Origin: Lepidodermella squamata
Lineage: Eukaryota > Animalia > Gastrotricha
Direction: 5' to 3'
NCBI GenBank assembly: GCA_047495785.1
Contig: JBLDXI010000054.1
Location: 2,728,001-2,792,000 of the forward strand
DNA: 64,000 nt
Shown: one piece after another, positions 50,501 to 64,000 of the stretch
Layout: the number at the start of each line of letters is the position of its first letter
Numbering within the stretch: position 1 is the first letter of the stretch
Program-made: the position numbers and the translations under genes
Notes under the pieces: model-generated
Database searches by the model: none
Told to the model about the DNA's origin: nothing
Seen by the model: the letters and a program-made list of their open reading frames with translations, nothing else

Positions 50501-53500
50501 TTTTGCGGCTTAGACTTTTTCCTTTCTTGATCGAAAATGATGCCCTCTATAGCCTTGATAAGCCTTGGAATATTTACATTAGCCACCGCAGGTATGAAGA
50601 GGAATTTTAAAATTTGGTCTCCTGAACTTCCGATATAGGAAAAACACTGATTTGTAAAATCAATACTTAAAATCGAACTTAGAAACGATAACATCACTCA
50701 GGTTCTAAGGAAGATGTGAAGCTCGAAAATCCATATTTTGGAAAATTTTTGTTGAATTTGGGGTCAATTTTCAATATTTTTCAATTTAAATTCAATTTAA
50801 AGAATTTGATCTGAAAAAAATTCCGAAATTTAAAAAAATTTGAATTCAAACATGTCAACACTTTAAAGGCAACTGAATTGAATTATATTTTTTAATTAAT
50901 TTACTAACCTTAAAATAGCCCATTTGGAAGAAGTTGTCGCGAATGGACGGAAAATCCTGCAGCACCGTCAAGATGTCCGTATAGTAAGCAATCAGCTGAG
51001 CCTTCAGCGCCACAATCGACGCTCTGTACGTAACCATCTGCGAAAATTCAACCACAGTATTCGCGACCAGCTTCTCAAATTCCGCCGGATTTTTAATCGC
51101 AAAGCCAAGCTGAATTTTGCCGTCGACAAACCAGTTATGCGCGAATGCTCGTTTCGCCAACTTTTCGAGTTGAATCGAAACAAAACACTCCGGCAGCGAT
51201 TCTGGCGGCTTGTAAACTACAGCACTAGGTTGCGGCATCGAACTCTCCTTCCGCATCAATGCGTCATGATCGGCCAGAGGTTTGATTTTATTCGGATCCT
51301 CAGGTATCTCCTTTATCCCTCGCGGTAGGGGTAAATGATCCTGGACGTAGTACATCAACTGAACCGCGGAACTGAGGAGATTCTTATGAGCGATTTGGCA
51401 TGTTAAGGTGACTTGAAGCCGGCGGAAGTCGCCGTCATTCAACAAAGCTTTAAAAGCAGCGGGTTGTCTCATGGAAAATTTTGGAATGTGGTTTTCATCC
51501 ACCTCTTGAACAGCTAATGGCATGGATGAGGCGATGAATTTATCGAGGCCAGACGCTTGAAAATCCTCCTCAGCCGCGCCTGGCTGCGGGACAGTGACGA
51601 TGGAAGTCAAATTTTCGCGTTTTATCGCATTTTCTAGGTGTAGACATCGAAGTGATAGATGGTAAGGGTCGAATCCTAACGATTTTCCGAGCTGTTTATA
51701 AGCCCGGGATAGGACCTCGCTTTCATACAACGCAATAGTCAAACGATGCCGGAACGAGATGATGTCAAGAACGCGGCAAAGTACCGAATAAATCCGAGTG
51801 GTTTGCTCATTGCGCGTTAGGCCTATCATTTCAGACTCGAGAGAGGCTAATTTACTCTTAGCCAACTGGTTCAAATACAACGGATCATCGGCTAGAGCTT
51901 CGAAAATTACATCGGTCTGAATTTTGTTCGAAAAAGTTGACCCGTGTGAATGCTGGTCACGCCATTCTCTGTTCAAACACTCGACAGCGAACAATTCGAC
52001 CCGAAGCGATTTCAGAACGTCCTTCCCAATTTTAGCCGCCCTAATCATTTCATCGCAGACGTAATTAATCACGCCTGGTAGATGCTGAGCAATCGATGAA
52101 ACACTCTGGTGAAATTCGAGCAGATCAACGGTTGTAATTGCAGTTTTCGGCAAATGGCTCGTTATCGGCTGTTTCAGGGTGATTGAAAACGGCAAACCAG
52201 CTCGGTCCGTTTGCGCAATATCAGCCGGTAATTTTGAAATAAAATCCCGGCAGTGAATTATGTGGCTTTTAAACAACTCGCGAACAAGTGAAATCGTCTT
52301 CCTTAAAATTTCACTCTCAAGCCGGTAGATTTGAATGAAGCCCGTCGGGTGACTGCCATCGTCCGAGCCAAATTTCGGCCGTTGGTGCTGGATGTTGACG
52401 AGGATTTGAATCAAACGATGCCGAACGTCACGGTTGAACGAGTTCAAATAGGCCTCGTAGTACAAATCAAACAATTCACGCTTCAATTCTTGATATTCAA
52501 CCTCCAGCGTCCAAAAATCGTACATAAGGCCCAGCCGATCGATGGGTGCGTTTGAAAATTTAAGCAAATCGTCGCTTGAGTTGAACGATGTGGGTGGGTT
52601 GAAAGATTTTGTAAGAACGCGACTCGCGAGGTTTAGCAGGTCTTCCTCGAGTTTTTTCATATCTTCCAAAGCTACGTCGTACATTATGTAGTAGCCCTTC
52701 TCGTCCTTAACGTGAATTCTGCCCTCTTTTGTCACGTAGAAATTCGAGTGGTTTGCGATATCGTCGAGTTCCATGAATTCTGTCTCGGATAACGCGAAAT
52801 CTTTCGGCGTGTTGTAGATGTAATGCGGCTGCCCTAGGCCGATGCTTGAGCCCTCTAATCCCATGGCTAACGCAGCTTGTTTCGGCGTGAAATTTGTTGG
52901 CTTCAAAAGCGGAGGTGGTTGAACGACTTCATCGCTAGATACGACGACTGGGGGTTGTTCTTCGGATATCAAGCCGCAAGAATCTATCGCAATCGTACGT
53001 TCGATTGATCGGTAGTAATTTAAAATCGATAAAATTGTGCGCTGATGGTCTCGAATTCGAAGATGCCGGAGTAACACGAGGCATAAACCGCCGGGATCGG
53101 ACCCATCGCCATCAGCTCCTTTATCCAATTCTAAAATTCAGGTTTTAATCATTAGGCGAATAATTTTCGAGAAAAGACTTACTTAGCAAAGAACCGGCGT
53201 CAAAATTTCCGGATTTTTCTTTACCAGACTGCCTCGAATTGAAATTTTCCAGCCGATTTTCATCGAGATCCCAAATTTCGACCGATTTTTCCCCATTGCC
53301 GGATGACTGATTGCTGATGAAAATGCGCCGCCATAGCGACAGCGTATTAGCATCAGTTTTATTCGAAGTGACACGAGCGGCTCGAGGCGCGTATTCCGAA
53401 TCGCTGTTTTGCCGCAGATAGGTTCGATATGTCTCTGTTATGATTTCGGCGTTGTTCAATTTTAGGAAACCGTTTTGCAGATTGAGCAGCTCATCGACGC

Positions 53501-55135
53501 AACACTCGGATTTCAGGTAGGTCATCAGTGTCTCATAACCGGAATTCAGGTTCGGCCGGAAGTGATTGAAGTTCAACCAATTTGCCTTTATTAGAAACGC
53601 TTTATTATGCGAGTCCACATCCCAATTTTCTTCAACCTTGAATTATTTTAAATCAATCAATAATCTAATTATTTTTAGCCTTTCGTACCGAGTCGAAAAC
53701 TTTGAAAGTTTTAGCCTCTTCTTGCTGTTGCAGAATGTTTGTAAATTGCGAATTTACAACAACAAAAAGTTCTGAATAATCAGCAGTTGAAGCCAGTTGA
53801 TCGATATCCTACATAACAGGTGAGAAGTGAGAGGACAATAGATATAGTCGCATTAATAATGCATGAAATTATTATCGAAATTTACGCACTTTTTCTAAAG
53901 GAATGGCGTAGGTTTCCGCCAGGTATTTGAGCAAATGCTTCGACTCATTGACGCTTTCGCCAACTTTAGGCAGCGATGTCTGCACTATTCGCGACAGAGG
54001 GCCCCATGAGGACGCTACGGCGCTAGCAGGTGCGGCTGAGGTGGGCCTGAAACTGCCTGAAACTGTGCTAGGCCGGGCGGAAATCGACGCAGGTGTCGGA
54101 ATTTCTGTAATGAAAGCCGATTTGACAGAAGAATTGCGGCGAAGTTTTGGCAGTTCGGTGTTAAAAGCGACGCCCTCGACGACGTTCTCTTTCGTGGACA
54201 CCCTACTTAGATCGCTGACGTACAGCTGTGGTACCCATTGACACACAGTGAAGAACTTTTGAGCAAGACGTAACTGCGTCAAATTTGTTGTCAGCCAGCG
54301 CATGTAAATGAGAACGTCTTCTATTTGAACCATGTTCAAGGCGGTGAAAATGGCTTGAGGAGGCGGGTGCCCAGCAGTTGGCGAGGTGATAAATTGTTCT
54401 CGAAGCCCAGATAACCTCTCACAACGTTGGACGTTATTTTTCCACAAGTGCATCAACTCGCTGTAACATATACTAATAGCATGGCTCAAAATATCAGGAT
54501 TCGCAACTTACACTAAGCGAGATTGAAAACGAGGGTAAGCACTTTCTATAGCTTTGGTATGTCTTGAAAATTGCTTCCACCGAAGAAGATATGATCGCTT
54601 GCACGAAACTTGCTCGTGAACTCGATACAAGTAGAACTGTTGATGCATAAAAAAATGAGGTTAAGAAACCTGCGAATAACTCGATCGTGAATTACTTGTA
54701 ATAATGCTAAAGGAAGATTTTCCATCGTGTGTTCTGGCTGAGTACTAGATTTTAGCTCGTCTTGAAATGTTTCAGCAATATTGATGGTATCGTTCATCTC
54801 AGAAACCTACAATGCGGGAATAATTTGGTTGCGTGTAATTTCAATCATTAGGCGAATTCACCTTCAAGGATTGCATTATTGTGTTTTTCAGCTCACTTCG
54901 AAAAAAGTCCACAGTCTTCGGGACAGACAGTGAGCTAACAAGAAAATATAAGCATATAATTAGTCAAAATCTATCGTATTTCAAATAATAGTTACCTGAC
55001 AGCTTTAAATGGCTTTCCGTTCGCATTTGCGATATCAAGCTCCTCCCTTAGCTCAGTCAGCAGTTTGTCAACTTCACGATCGTGAAGCTTGACAGACGAC
55101 TCGTCAAACAGACTGTTGATATCAGTGCTATCCAT
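44599..55135 (-). CDS. CCDC162: Large coiled-coil protein, CCDC162-like
   Basis: About 14 exons (e.g. 55135-54996, 54934-54862, 54806-54696, 54636-54512, ~54461-53890, ~53130-50909, ~50387-49591, ~48563-47219, ~46902-46499, ~45777-45424, 44733-44599). Motifs SSLSVPKTVDFFR, YLLRWKQF, LRIRD..RTILSILNYYRSIERT, GRIHVKDEKGYYIMYDVALEDMKKLE. The true start may lie in an upstream exon. Confidence 0.7.
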
Positions 55136-55578
55136 TCTCAAGAATCCATCTAAGAATAAATATTTTGACATTAAAGATTCACGGCCCCAATCATATCGCC
55201 CCAAAGAATAGAAGTGCTGTTAATAAGCGATAGTAATTCAAACTGAGATTTGCTCATGTTATATAACAAACATCAATATTACCAATCTAAATATCTCGTT
55301 GCGTCACATAACATAACTGACATAGTTATTGCAAATCAGATCGAGAAAGCGTGAAAATGCGAAGGAACACGTCAAAATTCTGGCATCTACTTGTCCTTTT
55401 TCAATAATTACAAATTACAGTCAACATAGTTTCGGGTAAAAATAGTACTCTCCTAACTGGCGACTTGAGTAAGAAGAAATTTCTGGAAAGATAAACAGCT
55501 ATAAACGACATATTACTAACTCATTTACAAGGCAAATACATTCAAGTTGTCATTGCAGGGAAGAGGTTGAGGAGGACA

Positions 55579-55952
55579 CAGTGGCGTAGATAATCTCAAT
55601 TTTTTAGCGTGCCAGGGGTTGCACGGTGGCGCCAAAAGCATCATTTGGGGTAGTGTCAATTTTATTTTGGCGCCACATGCCATTTTGGGTAGTGTCAATT
55701 TCGAAGATTGAGCTATTAATTTTGTAGTTTCTTCTAATGTGCTAAATGATCAGTCCTGGTGAGAATCTGCAACATTAAAAGGCTTCTAAAGGAATCAGTT
55801 TATCAAGAAACATAAAGAAAAATTGGCGCCACCTGGAAAAAGTGTAAGGGTCCCCCCTGTGGGTCGCTTCGGCGCGGCGCCAATGCCCATTTAGAAGGGG
55901 TAAGACTGGGGTTGATCGATCAACCCTTCGCCACCCCTTATCTACGCCACTG
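55579..55952. mobile_element. hAT-superfamily MITE (374 bp)
   Basis: Perfect 15-bp TIR cagtggcgtagataa / ttatctacgccactg; exact 8-bp TSD ggaggaca (55571-55578, 55953-55960). Confidence 0.92.
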
Positions 55953-56820
55953 GGAGGACAGAATAGCGTTTATAGAAGGATACTTACAAATGAAAACCAC
56001 TTTTGAAGGATGAATGACTTTTAAATGAAGTAAGTTAAAAGGTGTGGATGATCACTCTCAGCAGCAAAACAGCCGTTTCAATACATTTCACATCGGGGAG
56101 AATAACTGGGACATACCAACGATCCGGATGAAGAGCCATCATCGCCCAGAAAACCGCACACGTGTGTATCTAAGGTAAACATTTTGTTGTCATGATAATA
56201 AAAAATAATAGAAAATATTAAACGCATACATTTACACCCGATTCCGTATTTAACAGATTTACTGGTGAAAAATAACCGCGCTATTTAAATTTTTAAAACA
56301 CTGCAAAGCCAAACCTCTCACCTGCAACCTGGAATTCTGGTTTGGTTCAAGGACTTTTTGCTTGCGGAACGTAGAACCGATTAGTTTAATTCAGTTCTGT
56401 TCCTTATCCAGCGTTTTCAGTTGCTTTCCCTTCGTTTAACTCAATTCCTGATTTAAGTTGTTGGTATCTGGTATCTTGCTTGCTTGCTCAAGTTGTTTAT
56501 GACCCAGAGACTTTGATTTGATTTGATTTGATTGTGCTCGGTGGATCATTCTTCGTGACATTCACAAGGATGTATTAATTGTCCAAGGATGTCTTTAGCC
56601 TGTGTATCTCATCGTCTCGTAATCACATTATTTGCTCGTTATGAAATAGTTGTTTTCGTTTTCGTTAAAATAAAATAAAATATATATCTTATTGAAAACA
56701 AAAAAATAAATAATAAATTTATCTAGAAAACAATATCAGCACCATCAATTTTGTTCTCAATTTCGAGCTTATTTTATCATTAGGCAACGTCGTTATCTAG
56801 GTGCTGATTATTGTTATTCA

Positions 56821-57300
56821 ATGAGCGATGAAAATGCCTCTAAATCTCGTGATCCCGATTTTGAAATATCTGAATCCGAATGTAGTGAAGATGAAATCAC
56901 TGAAAGGTAATGAAAAATTGAATCCAGGCCAATTCTTACCCCATGATTCTGTTTCAGGGAGACGTTGAAGAATCGCATCCAAAATGCTCTGAAGCGCAAC
57001 GATCTCTCCGTCAAAAAGTTGAAAGATATCATTAATCTTATGGAAAATGACATTTCGCCTTCCGATATTTCATCGTTAATGGAAACTGTCCGAGCAGAGC
57101 TAGATTCAAATTCCGCTAGAACCAATGCAGCATTGGAGGAGCTGCGAGCTGCAACTGAAAGTGCTAGAAGTGCCTCAAATTTATTCAGCGAGAATATTCC
57201 GAATATTATCCGCGAGACGATCGCTACCCTGAGAATTTGGCGTAGCAACGCTTTTCTGCTGTTCAAGTCCGATGATTATGCCAACTGCTCATCATTCTGA
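56821..57300 (+). CDS. Small acidic/coiled-coil protein of unknown function (~142 aa)
   Basis: ATG 56821; exon 56821-56906, 51-bp GT-AG intron, exon 56958-57300 in frame; AATAAA downstream near 57404. Confidence 0.65.
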
Positions 57301-59582
57301 GATACATTTCACCTGTGATAAAAAAACTTCCTTCTAACCGGTATTTATACCAGTTTGTACTTGTTATGCCCTTGAATCGTGCCACGAAATTATCAAAACT
57401 TGCAATAAAAGCGTGAATACACCACACGAGACATTATCACCTTGTCGGAGTCAACAGCGGTCATTCACTTCGATGTAATTACCATTTATCAAAATGTGGC
57501 TATTTAACGCATCAGGCTTTATTTCCATGGATCATTCAGCTTTCAGCCATCAATTTTCTACCCTGGACCCTGGATGCACGCAAAAAATGGTTAATTTAAT
57601 TTAAAAAAATGTAATTTTAATAAAATTTCCGCGTTTTTTGCTCAGGCCATATTTGCATTATTAATCGTCGGCACATCAATGTGCAGGAGAAATACGATCT
57701 GGGAAAAACATAGCTATATTAAATAACGTATTTTCGCCATTTTTTATGTTGTTGCGTCAAGATATCGCCTATCGATACATGGTAAATAATATTTCGAATT
57801 TGTGATAATACGCGCGTCTTTATTAGAGGCGCCAAAATATGCGAGGGCGATTTTTGTAACCAGAAGATGATGTGTTTACTAATCGCCGCCGCGCTGCCCA
57901 CCGCCCGTTTTAATATATTCCATTAATAATCGCATTAGCCCCCGAAAAGTTGACATTACGCCTTATAGCTTTCGCGGCAAATTGTTTCTCGCGAGCGAGC
58001 GAGAATAAATTGACTGGGTGAATTTTTGCGCAAGCTTTTTCCTCATTATGCTCACCTGCTGGCTTCGGACGCGAGCATTTGAGAGCACTTGATATTTCAG
58101 CATTGAAACAACTGCATCGTAGCGTATCAAACGCCAGGAAGGATTCTAATTGTTATTTTATTTGTTCTTAATGCTGCTGGTTTAACGACATTTCTATGAT
58201 GTTGAACACAATGTTTTCTTGCGGCTTGCTTCCTGGCTTGGGCGGCGTCGTTCCTGTGGCTCTGAAAAGTTTATACGGATGAGGAGCGCGCGAAGAGGGT
58301 TTCTACAAAAGAGATCGCGACAGCATCTGTCGGCACTCGCTGCCAAGTAATAAGCGCGCGCGGCATCAAGGTGCGCACAAACAAATAAGCTTAGTCAAGT
58401 GTACAGTCGAATAAGTCATAGGCAATATGAGGTTATAGGCTATACCTGACCCTGTAATTCTGAGCACGCTTGCCGGAATCCGGACGACTGTCGTACGCTC
58501 ACGTTTCGTTTCCGACACATCTCACGCTGTTATATTATAGCAGCACTACACAGGTATCGCCTGCTGAAAAGCTGCTACTTCATAGAGAGCCGGGCCGAGA
58601 AAGGCCTGCTTGTCAAATAATGAGCCCTCTAATGTTGCATCGTTTGCTGTTTAGTGGGTACTACCTGTCTGCGGTTCGCACGCCTCAAGTTGAACGCGCT
58701 TCGCACCAGAAATGTAAACGATAGTTACTAAGCTAGAGCAGGCCTCTGCTCATGTGGCTAGGTTCCACGTTTCGAAACGTTACAAAAAATGCACCCAGGC
58801 CTCACCCGTCATGCCAATTTTCAATATTCAATTAAAAATTATTTACTGGTAAAGCTTGCCAACAACTTGTTTGTAAATAAGTAGGTTCATTAAATCCTGA
58901 ACTAGACAGATAAATGATATAATTAGGTACCTATCAACCGCCAATTTACACTGAAACCGGACTAATTAATATTGCTTCATTTTTCAGCCCGAAATTTACC
59001 TCAATTTTGGCTTTTTTTTACTATCGCCCCTGTATGAGCCTATATAGTTCTTAGCTTATTTGATCCGAGAGTTCGGTTTTGAAGAAGTGTCTTACTTTTA
59101 GCAGAACCAATTTCGGAATTTAAACGGCCTAAAACCGCTTTTCGGAGCTTTATAGGACTTCATGATTGACCATCATAATTCAACAAATAAATCATATTAT
59201 TTAAACTCAAAATAAAAATACGTTCTTCACTTCAGAATTCCTATATGACCTTAAATTCGGGAAAATATTCGAAAGGCGACCTTTGGCTTATGGCAAATTT
59301 GATTTCCTCTAAATACAGTGAAAATCAAAAGTTACGCACGGTCAGGAATTTGTTGAGTTGAAACGAAAAAGTTCTCGCACGCGCCCGAACTATTTTTAGC
59401 TCCAAGCTTGGGTTAAACTCAGCTAAAAATAAAAAGTGCAGCTCGGACAGACCAAGAAGTTTTAATAGTTTTAAAAATATGAATATTCATAAGGTGCTAA
59501 TTAATATTCCGAAGCCCTCAACGTTGGTAATTATGTGAGAAAAATTCCGGAGAAAATATTTTTGATTTGTTGTAACCTTATG

Positions 59583-59648
59583 CAGTTTCCCTCGATAATT
59601 TCACGGGTCTGGACCCCGACCCCGGGCAGTTATCGAGGGAGCACTGTA
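59583..59648. mobile_element. Possible pogo/Tigger-like terminus
   Basis: ...ttatcgagggagcactg-TA end with an inverted ccctcgataa copy just upstream; matching other end not established. Confidence 0.3.
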
Positions 59649-61169
59649 TTGAAGTTTCTCTTCCCTCTTGCCTTGGAGCTATTTTTGGAGCTCGTGAAAA
59701 AGCCGCCATTTTGGTCCGTTTTGCAGAAGATAAACTGCCTCATTTCGCACGTGCGAAAAATTTGAACTAGCGTCGCCTCAATTCCACCGTGCGGTTTGAA
59801 AAACTTTGATTTTAAATTTATTTTAGTTTGATTTTAATTAAAGCTTGAAACTTAGGAGGATGAATTGTTAGTCCTGTTCTTCGTCGCCACGGATACCTAG
59901 TACAAATTTTTGTCTCACAATGAAATTATAGGAAATCAGGGCAATTATGATCCTTAAATCTGGAAATAAGTTGTCGAAGTTCTGCCATGACTGGTGTGCT
60001 GGTGTGCTATAGTTACTAATTTTTCGTTGGTAATATCTAAATTTTAATACGTATACCGTTAATTTAAATTATGTTTGAATAATACTACAATCAGAATTTC
60101 GCGCAGGTCAAAGAGGGTCCATAAATGTAATCAATTATCTCCGTCTATGATTCTCGTCGTTATAGCCGAAACTTCGAATTTTTTCCAGACGAATAATTTT
60201 CCCAGGCAAAGAAATTTACGGACATGAAAAAACGAGGGTTTTCTATTATTAGCATTCGTAATATAACCGATTTTCGGCCAACCGTAGCATCCAATTATTC
60301 TGTCTAATTAACACATCGATTTTGCTAAAATCGAACATTTTTTACTCAGTAATAATCAAATTGAGGATGAGCGGCTTTTTACGCTTGAGTGCCATTTACC
60401 ACCACAAAATCGGCAGCTGCTAGATTTTAATCAGTTTTGGCCCAACTTATAATAGAACGAATGAAGTTACCTAATTTTTACCTAGCTACATCAGGTCATT
60501 TTCATTTAATATTCGTGTGGCACGTGTTCTCGTCGGATGTTGAGAGTGTAGTCGCCGGCAGGTTTTATTAAGTCCACTCACTCTTATACTATATACATTA
60601 ATAAGTATACCTACCAATGTCTACCTATAACAAATGTTTATCGCTGATTTGTGTTTAACCGCGACTAGAGACGACGGCGCGGCGCCTCAGGTCATGTGCG
60701 CGCGGGGCCAGTGCACAAATATTGACTTTGATAGGCTCGCCAGCATGTGTTTGCCGATGATCGAAGAGGCGGACTGCCCACTTGCGGTTACCACTAAAAT
60801 GTTATTATTACTATTACTCATTGTTTAACTTTTAAATTGGCCCGCGCGTGCACACGTAAAACCTACACACACTCGTGTTCGAAAAAGACGCGTGACGGGT
60901 GGTAATGGACGAGTGGCGCCGCCGCGGCGAGATTTGCGCGCACCCTGGGTGTCGCACTCATGCCCTGGGCGCCTTTTGGCGTGCGCACTCAAGCCTTGAT
61001 AACACCTCCTCTGGCTACCTTGAAAAATAACCATCGGGTTTCGCCTATTATTATTGTTAAGGCGTTATATCGGTAGAGCGCTCGCGAACAATGGCGACAA
61101 GCTCACGCATATAGAGCGGTATACGTGATGGCAACGGGAGGCGGGCTCAGGAATTAGTTGCGAGACAAT

Positions 61170-61560
61170 AACCACTGAGGCTTCATCGCTTGCACGTGCT
61201 GTGTGGCCTGGTTGGATGCGTCGTATGCGCAGAAAAAGCGCTTGATCGTGCTGCAGAACAACTGTTTGCGGGCGATCATCGGCTCGTCTATTCTGGACAA
61301 GCAGGACGAATCTGAGCTCTACCGCCTAACTGGAGTGGAGCCGCTGGAACGCCGCTGGCTGAAACTAGCAGTCGGCTTTGCTGATCGGGCTTTGCAGTTC
61401 GTGCCACCAGTCGCCGCCATGATCGCCGACCATCGTCGAGAGTGGGGCGTGGCTGGTACCCCGCTCGGACAGTTCATCAATTTTGTGGGCCGTTAGGCCT
61501 TGTCTATCTATGTATGTATATGAGCATCAGTCAGTTTAATACAGAAAATAAAACAACAAA
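61170..61560 (+). mobile_element. 3' fragment of a non-LTR retrotransposon (Jockey/I-like RT C-terminus)
   Basis: CVAW...KRLIVLQNNCLRAIIG...ELYRLTGVEPLERRWLKLA resembles the post-RT region of LINEs; followed by simple repeats and an A-rich tail. Confidence 0.6.
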
Positions 61561-64000
61561 AACCCATACACAATACACATATATACACAAAATAAAATAA
61601 AACAAAACCACATTAGCCCTGTGCCACGACTGTAAATGAGTGTGTGCGTTGTCATATATATTTCTTGTTTTTTATAAAAAGATGAAACGCATAACATATG
61701 CTGTTACTGTTATTAATTGCTGCTATTTGATATACTTGCTACTATTGTCGGTCAAAAGTTGTTAACAAGAGACCGTTTTTCCAATAAAACAAGACCGTTG
61801 GAAAAAAAAGCTTGCACGTGCTTCATTCTATTAGCGCCGGGGACACAAAAGGAGCAGCCGCGCGGCACTTTTGAGCTGGCTCCCATACTGCTGGATATTC
61901 TTCTTCTTCATATACTTATCTTCGCACGATGACAGATGCGAGGCCAAAACATGTTGCGGCCTCGCTAATTCGCCGCTACAGAAACCTTTTAGCCGCCTCA
62001 TCATTTTCTATATACGCTCGCCATCACCATTTTTGCCGTGCCACTTGTCAGTAGGCTGCTATTTCTCTTCTGTAACTCTGCTGCTATTAACGCGATACCT
62101 GCTATTTTATTAAATAGCTGTTAAATTAGCTAGTTGCCATCTCATTTAAACGTGTGCTGCCCGATTGAACCCTCAGCTTTGTCAGTTCATCGCGCGCGAC
62201 ACAAATGATGGGTCATCGTGTTTGTTAAAGACGGCCATTCAGCGATTATGACAGGCCGTGTTATCACCTGACAGCGGCAGAAAATGGTGGCGCCGGTAAT
62301 ACCCGTTACATATAGAGTAGTTGGTCACTTATTGCACGCTGCTTCTGTAGGTAATATTCGCTCGCTCTCTGTCCACCTTAATAAAGCAGGCGGTGGCCTC
62401 GCTCATCCGGGATAGCCGCCGAGGGATATAAATATTAGGCTGTTTTTATTGTGTTTGACTTGTCGCCGTCAACTATCAATCAGCGCGCGAGAAACGTGCC
62501 GAGCCGCGCCCGAAAACGGCCTTAGCCATACTATACACCTAATGACTGAGAAGGATAGTTTGCGCAAACAATTTACCTGTTTAGTGTATACGCAGCGATG
62601 ACCGTTTTCTCCTGCGCTCGCGACGTGTTTGCTCGCGTTTTGATTGTCAAAGAACTACCGCATAACGACGGCGACTGCTGCTGGCCGATGTTTGTACCCG
62701 AAACTGGGCGAAAGGGCGTTTATCTTGTACACACACCCCCAATGCAGTAACAGTGTGCGCTTATCTCTCATTTTCCCAAACACTGGCAACGATTGCCGAG
62801 AGTTGCCGAGCGCGGCAATATTATAAGTATTTATTGTATTATTATTATAAAGCGGGTACCCACCCAATCGATTCTCGCCTTAATGATTATGCGAAACTAG
62901 ATATTATTCTTGTCATCGGCCCTGAGAGCAGACGTACGCGCGCGCGACGCACTCGAGTTGCCTGCTGACCGCTGACCCAGCTGACAGTTGCGCAATATTA
63001 AAAGCGACGATTTTAAGGAGGCTCGCTGCACAGTAATAATAATAATAATAATAATTTTTGGCCTTGCGCGCGCTTTTGACCGACTTTATCCCGCCGCACA
63101 CAGCAGCTCAATTTCACCACCAGTGCAGCAGCCCCAACACATGTCGATGTAATCGTAGCAATAATCCGACCCGTTTAAATTGCCCCGCCCTTGCCACGCG
63201 TCGCGTAATTACAAATTCAGCTCGATTCCCATCGTCTATCGTAATTCACTCGACTTTTATCGACACGATTGATGACTGTTGAAGCAACGCAATTTTCTCA
63301 CCACCAAAACCACCATCTACACTTCTGTTTATTGCTTATTATATATGCGAAAATTCATGGAAATTAACTCGCACTAGCCGCAATAACGATTTTTTCCATC
63401 CTCCTTAACGATTATCGGCGTGATTTTTCGCCAATATTTTGTTGTTGTTGTTGTTGAATCTGCTGCTGGTCGGGCGATTACTACTCGAGGCCGGCTAATA
63501 ATTTCTACGTCTTGTAGTGTAGCCCGAATTATTACTAATAGCCCGATCAAGACAGGAGAGGCCGCTCGCTCAGGAAAACGTCAATTATTATCGGCGTCTT
63601 ACCTTTACAATAACGTTATTGTTCGGCGGTGAAGGTTACATCAGATGATCAGGCGCGCGGGTTTGGCCTGCCATAGATAGGTATCATTATTACGCATTAT
63701 TTAGATTCAGGCAAATGTATCTATATCGAGGCATCGCCGGGCTAATGGAGTTGCCAGCGCTGATTCGCTGTTGGTCATGTGCGAAAGATATAAAAAGGCG
63801 CCCGGATGCCCCCGGCTGACGTGCCGGTGGGCGCGCGCATCGTCATCGACTAATGTAAACAGTTTACACAAAAGTGTCTGATTACTTTTCGAAGCAAAAT
63901 ATTCGACTACTGCAACTACTGCTGCTGTTGTTATCATCATTTTCGGCAGCATCAGCGATTTTCCAACCGACTTGCGCCCGGCTACCGAAGCTAAAACCTT

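Noticed and set aside
55455-56290. Possible small spliced gene around the hAT MITE (donor near 56174, acceptor near 56256)
   Set aside because: No convincing start or continuous reading frame could be assembled.

Overview
Animal genomic DNA, probably an invertebrate with a compact genome (many ~50-55 bp GT-AG introns, no obvious CpG depletion). 1-14.6 kb: 3' part of a multi-exon Piccolo/Clarinet/Fife-type active-zone gene (PDZ, one C2, Q/M-rich tail). 15.9-32.7 kb: a dynamic block with three very divergent Cys-loop (pentameric) ligand-gated channel genes, two of them a duplicate pair and one interrupted in M4 by a TA-flanked MITE. It also holds two mitochondrial phosphate carrier (PiC/SLC25A3) pseudogenes, a young 5'-truncated RTE LINE and several MITEs. 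33.4-41.2 kb: a tightly packed minus-strand run TMEM201 > PiC3 > PiC2 > PiC1 > SLC35E3 (> psiPiC). 42.3-55.1 kb: MORN2, CFAP276 and a large CCDC162-like gene. 56.8-57.3 kb: a small orphan gene. The rest is noncoding, with TE remnants. Best leads: (1) a candidate Cys-loop chemoreceptor family whose ligand-binding loops diversify while the pore is invariant; (2) operon-like spacing with 3' splice acceptors just upstream of most start codons (candidate SL trans-splicing); (3) a MITE in a channel gene that could be spliced out in frame; (4) tRNA-derived Pol III cassettes inside two unrelated DNA-transposon MITEs; (5) a five-copy PiC array with precise intron loss and mosaic sequence. Gene names come from my recognition of motifs; no database search was run.
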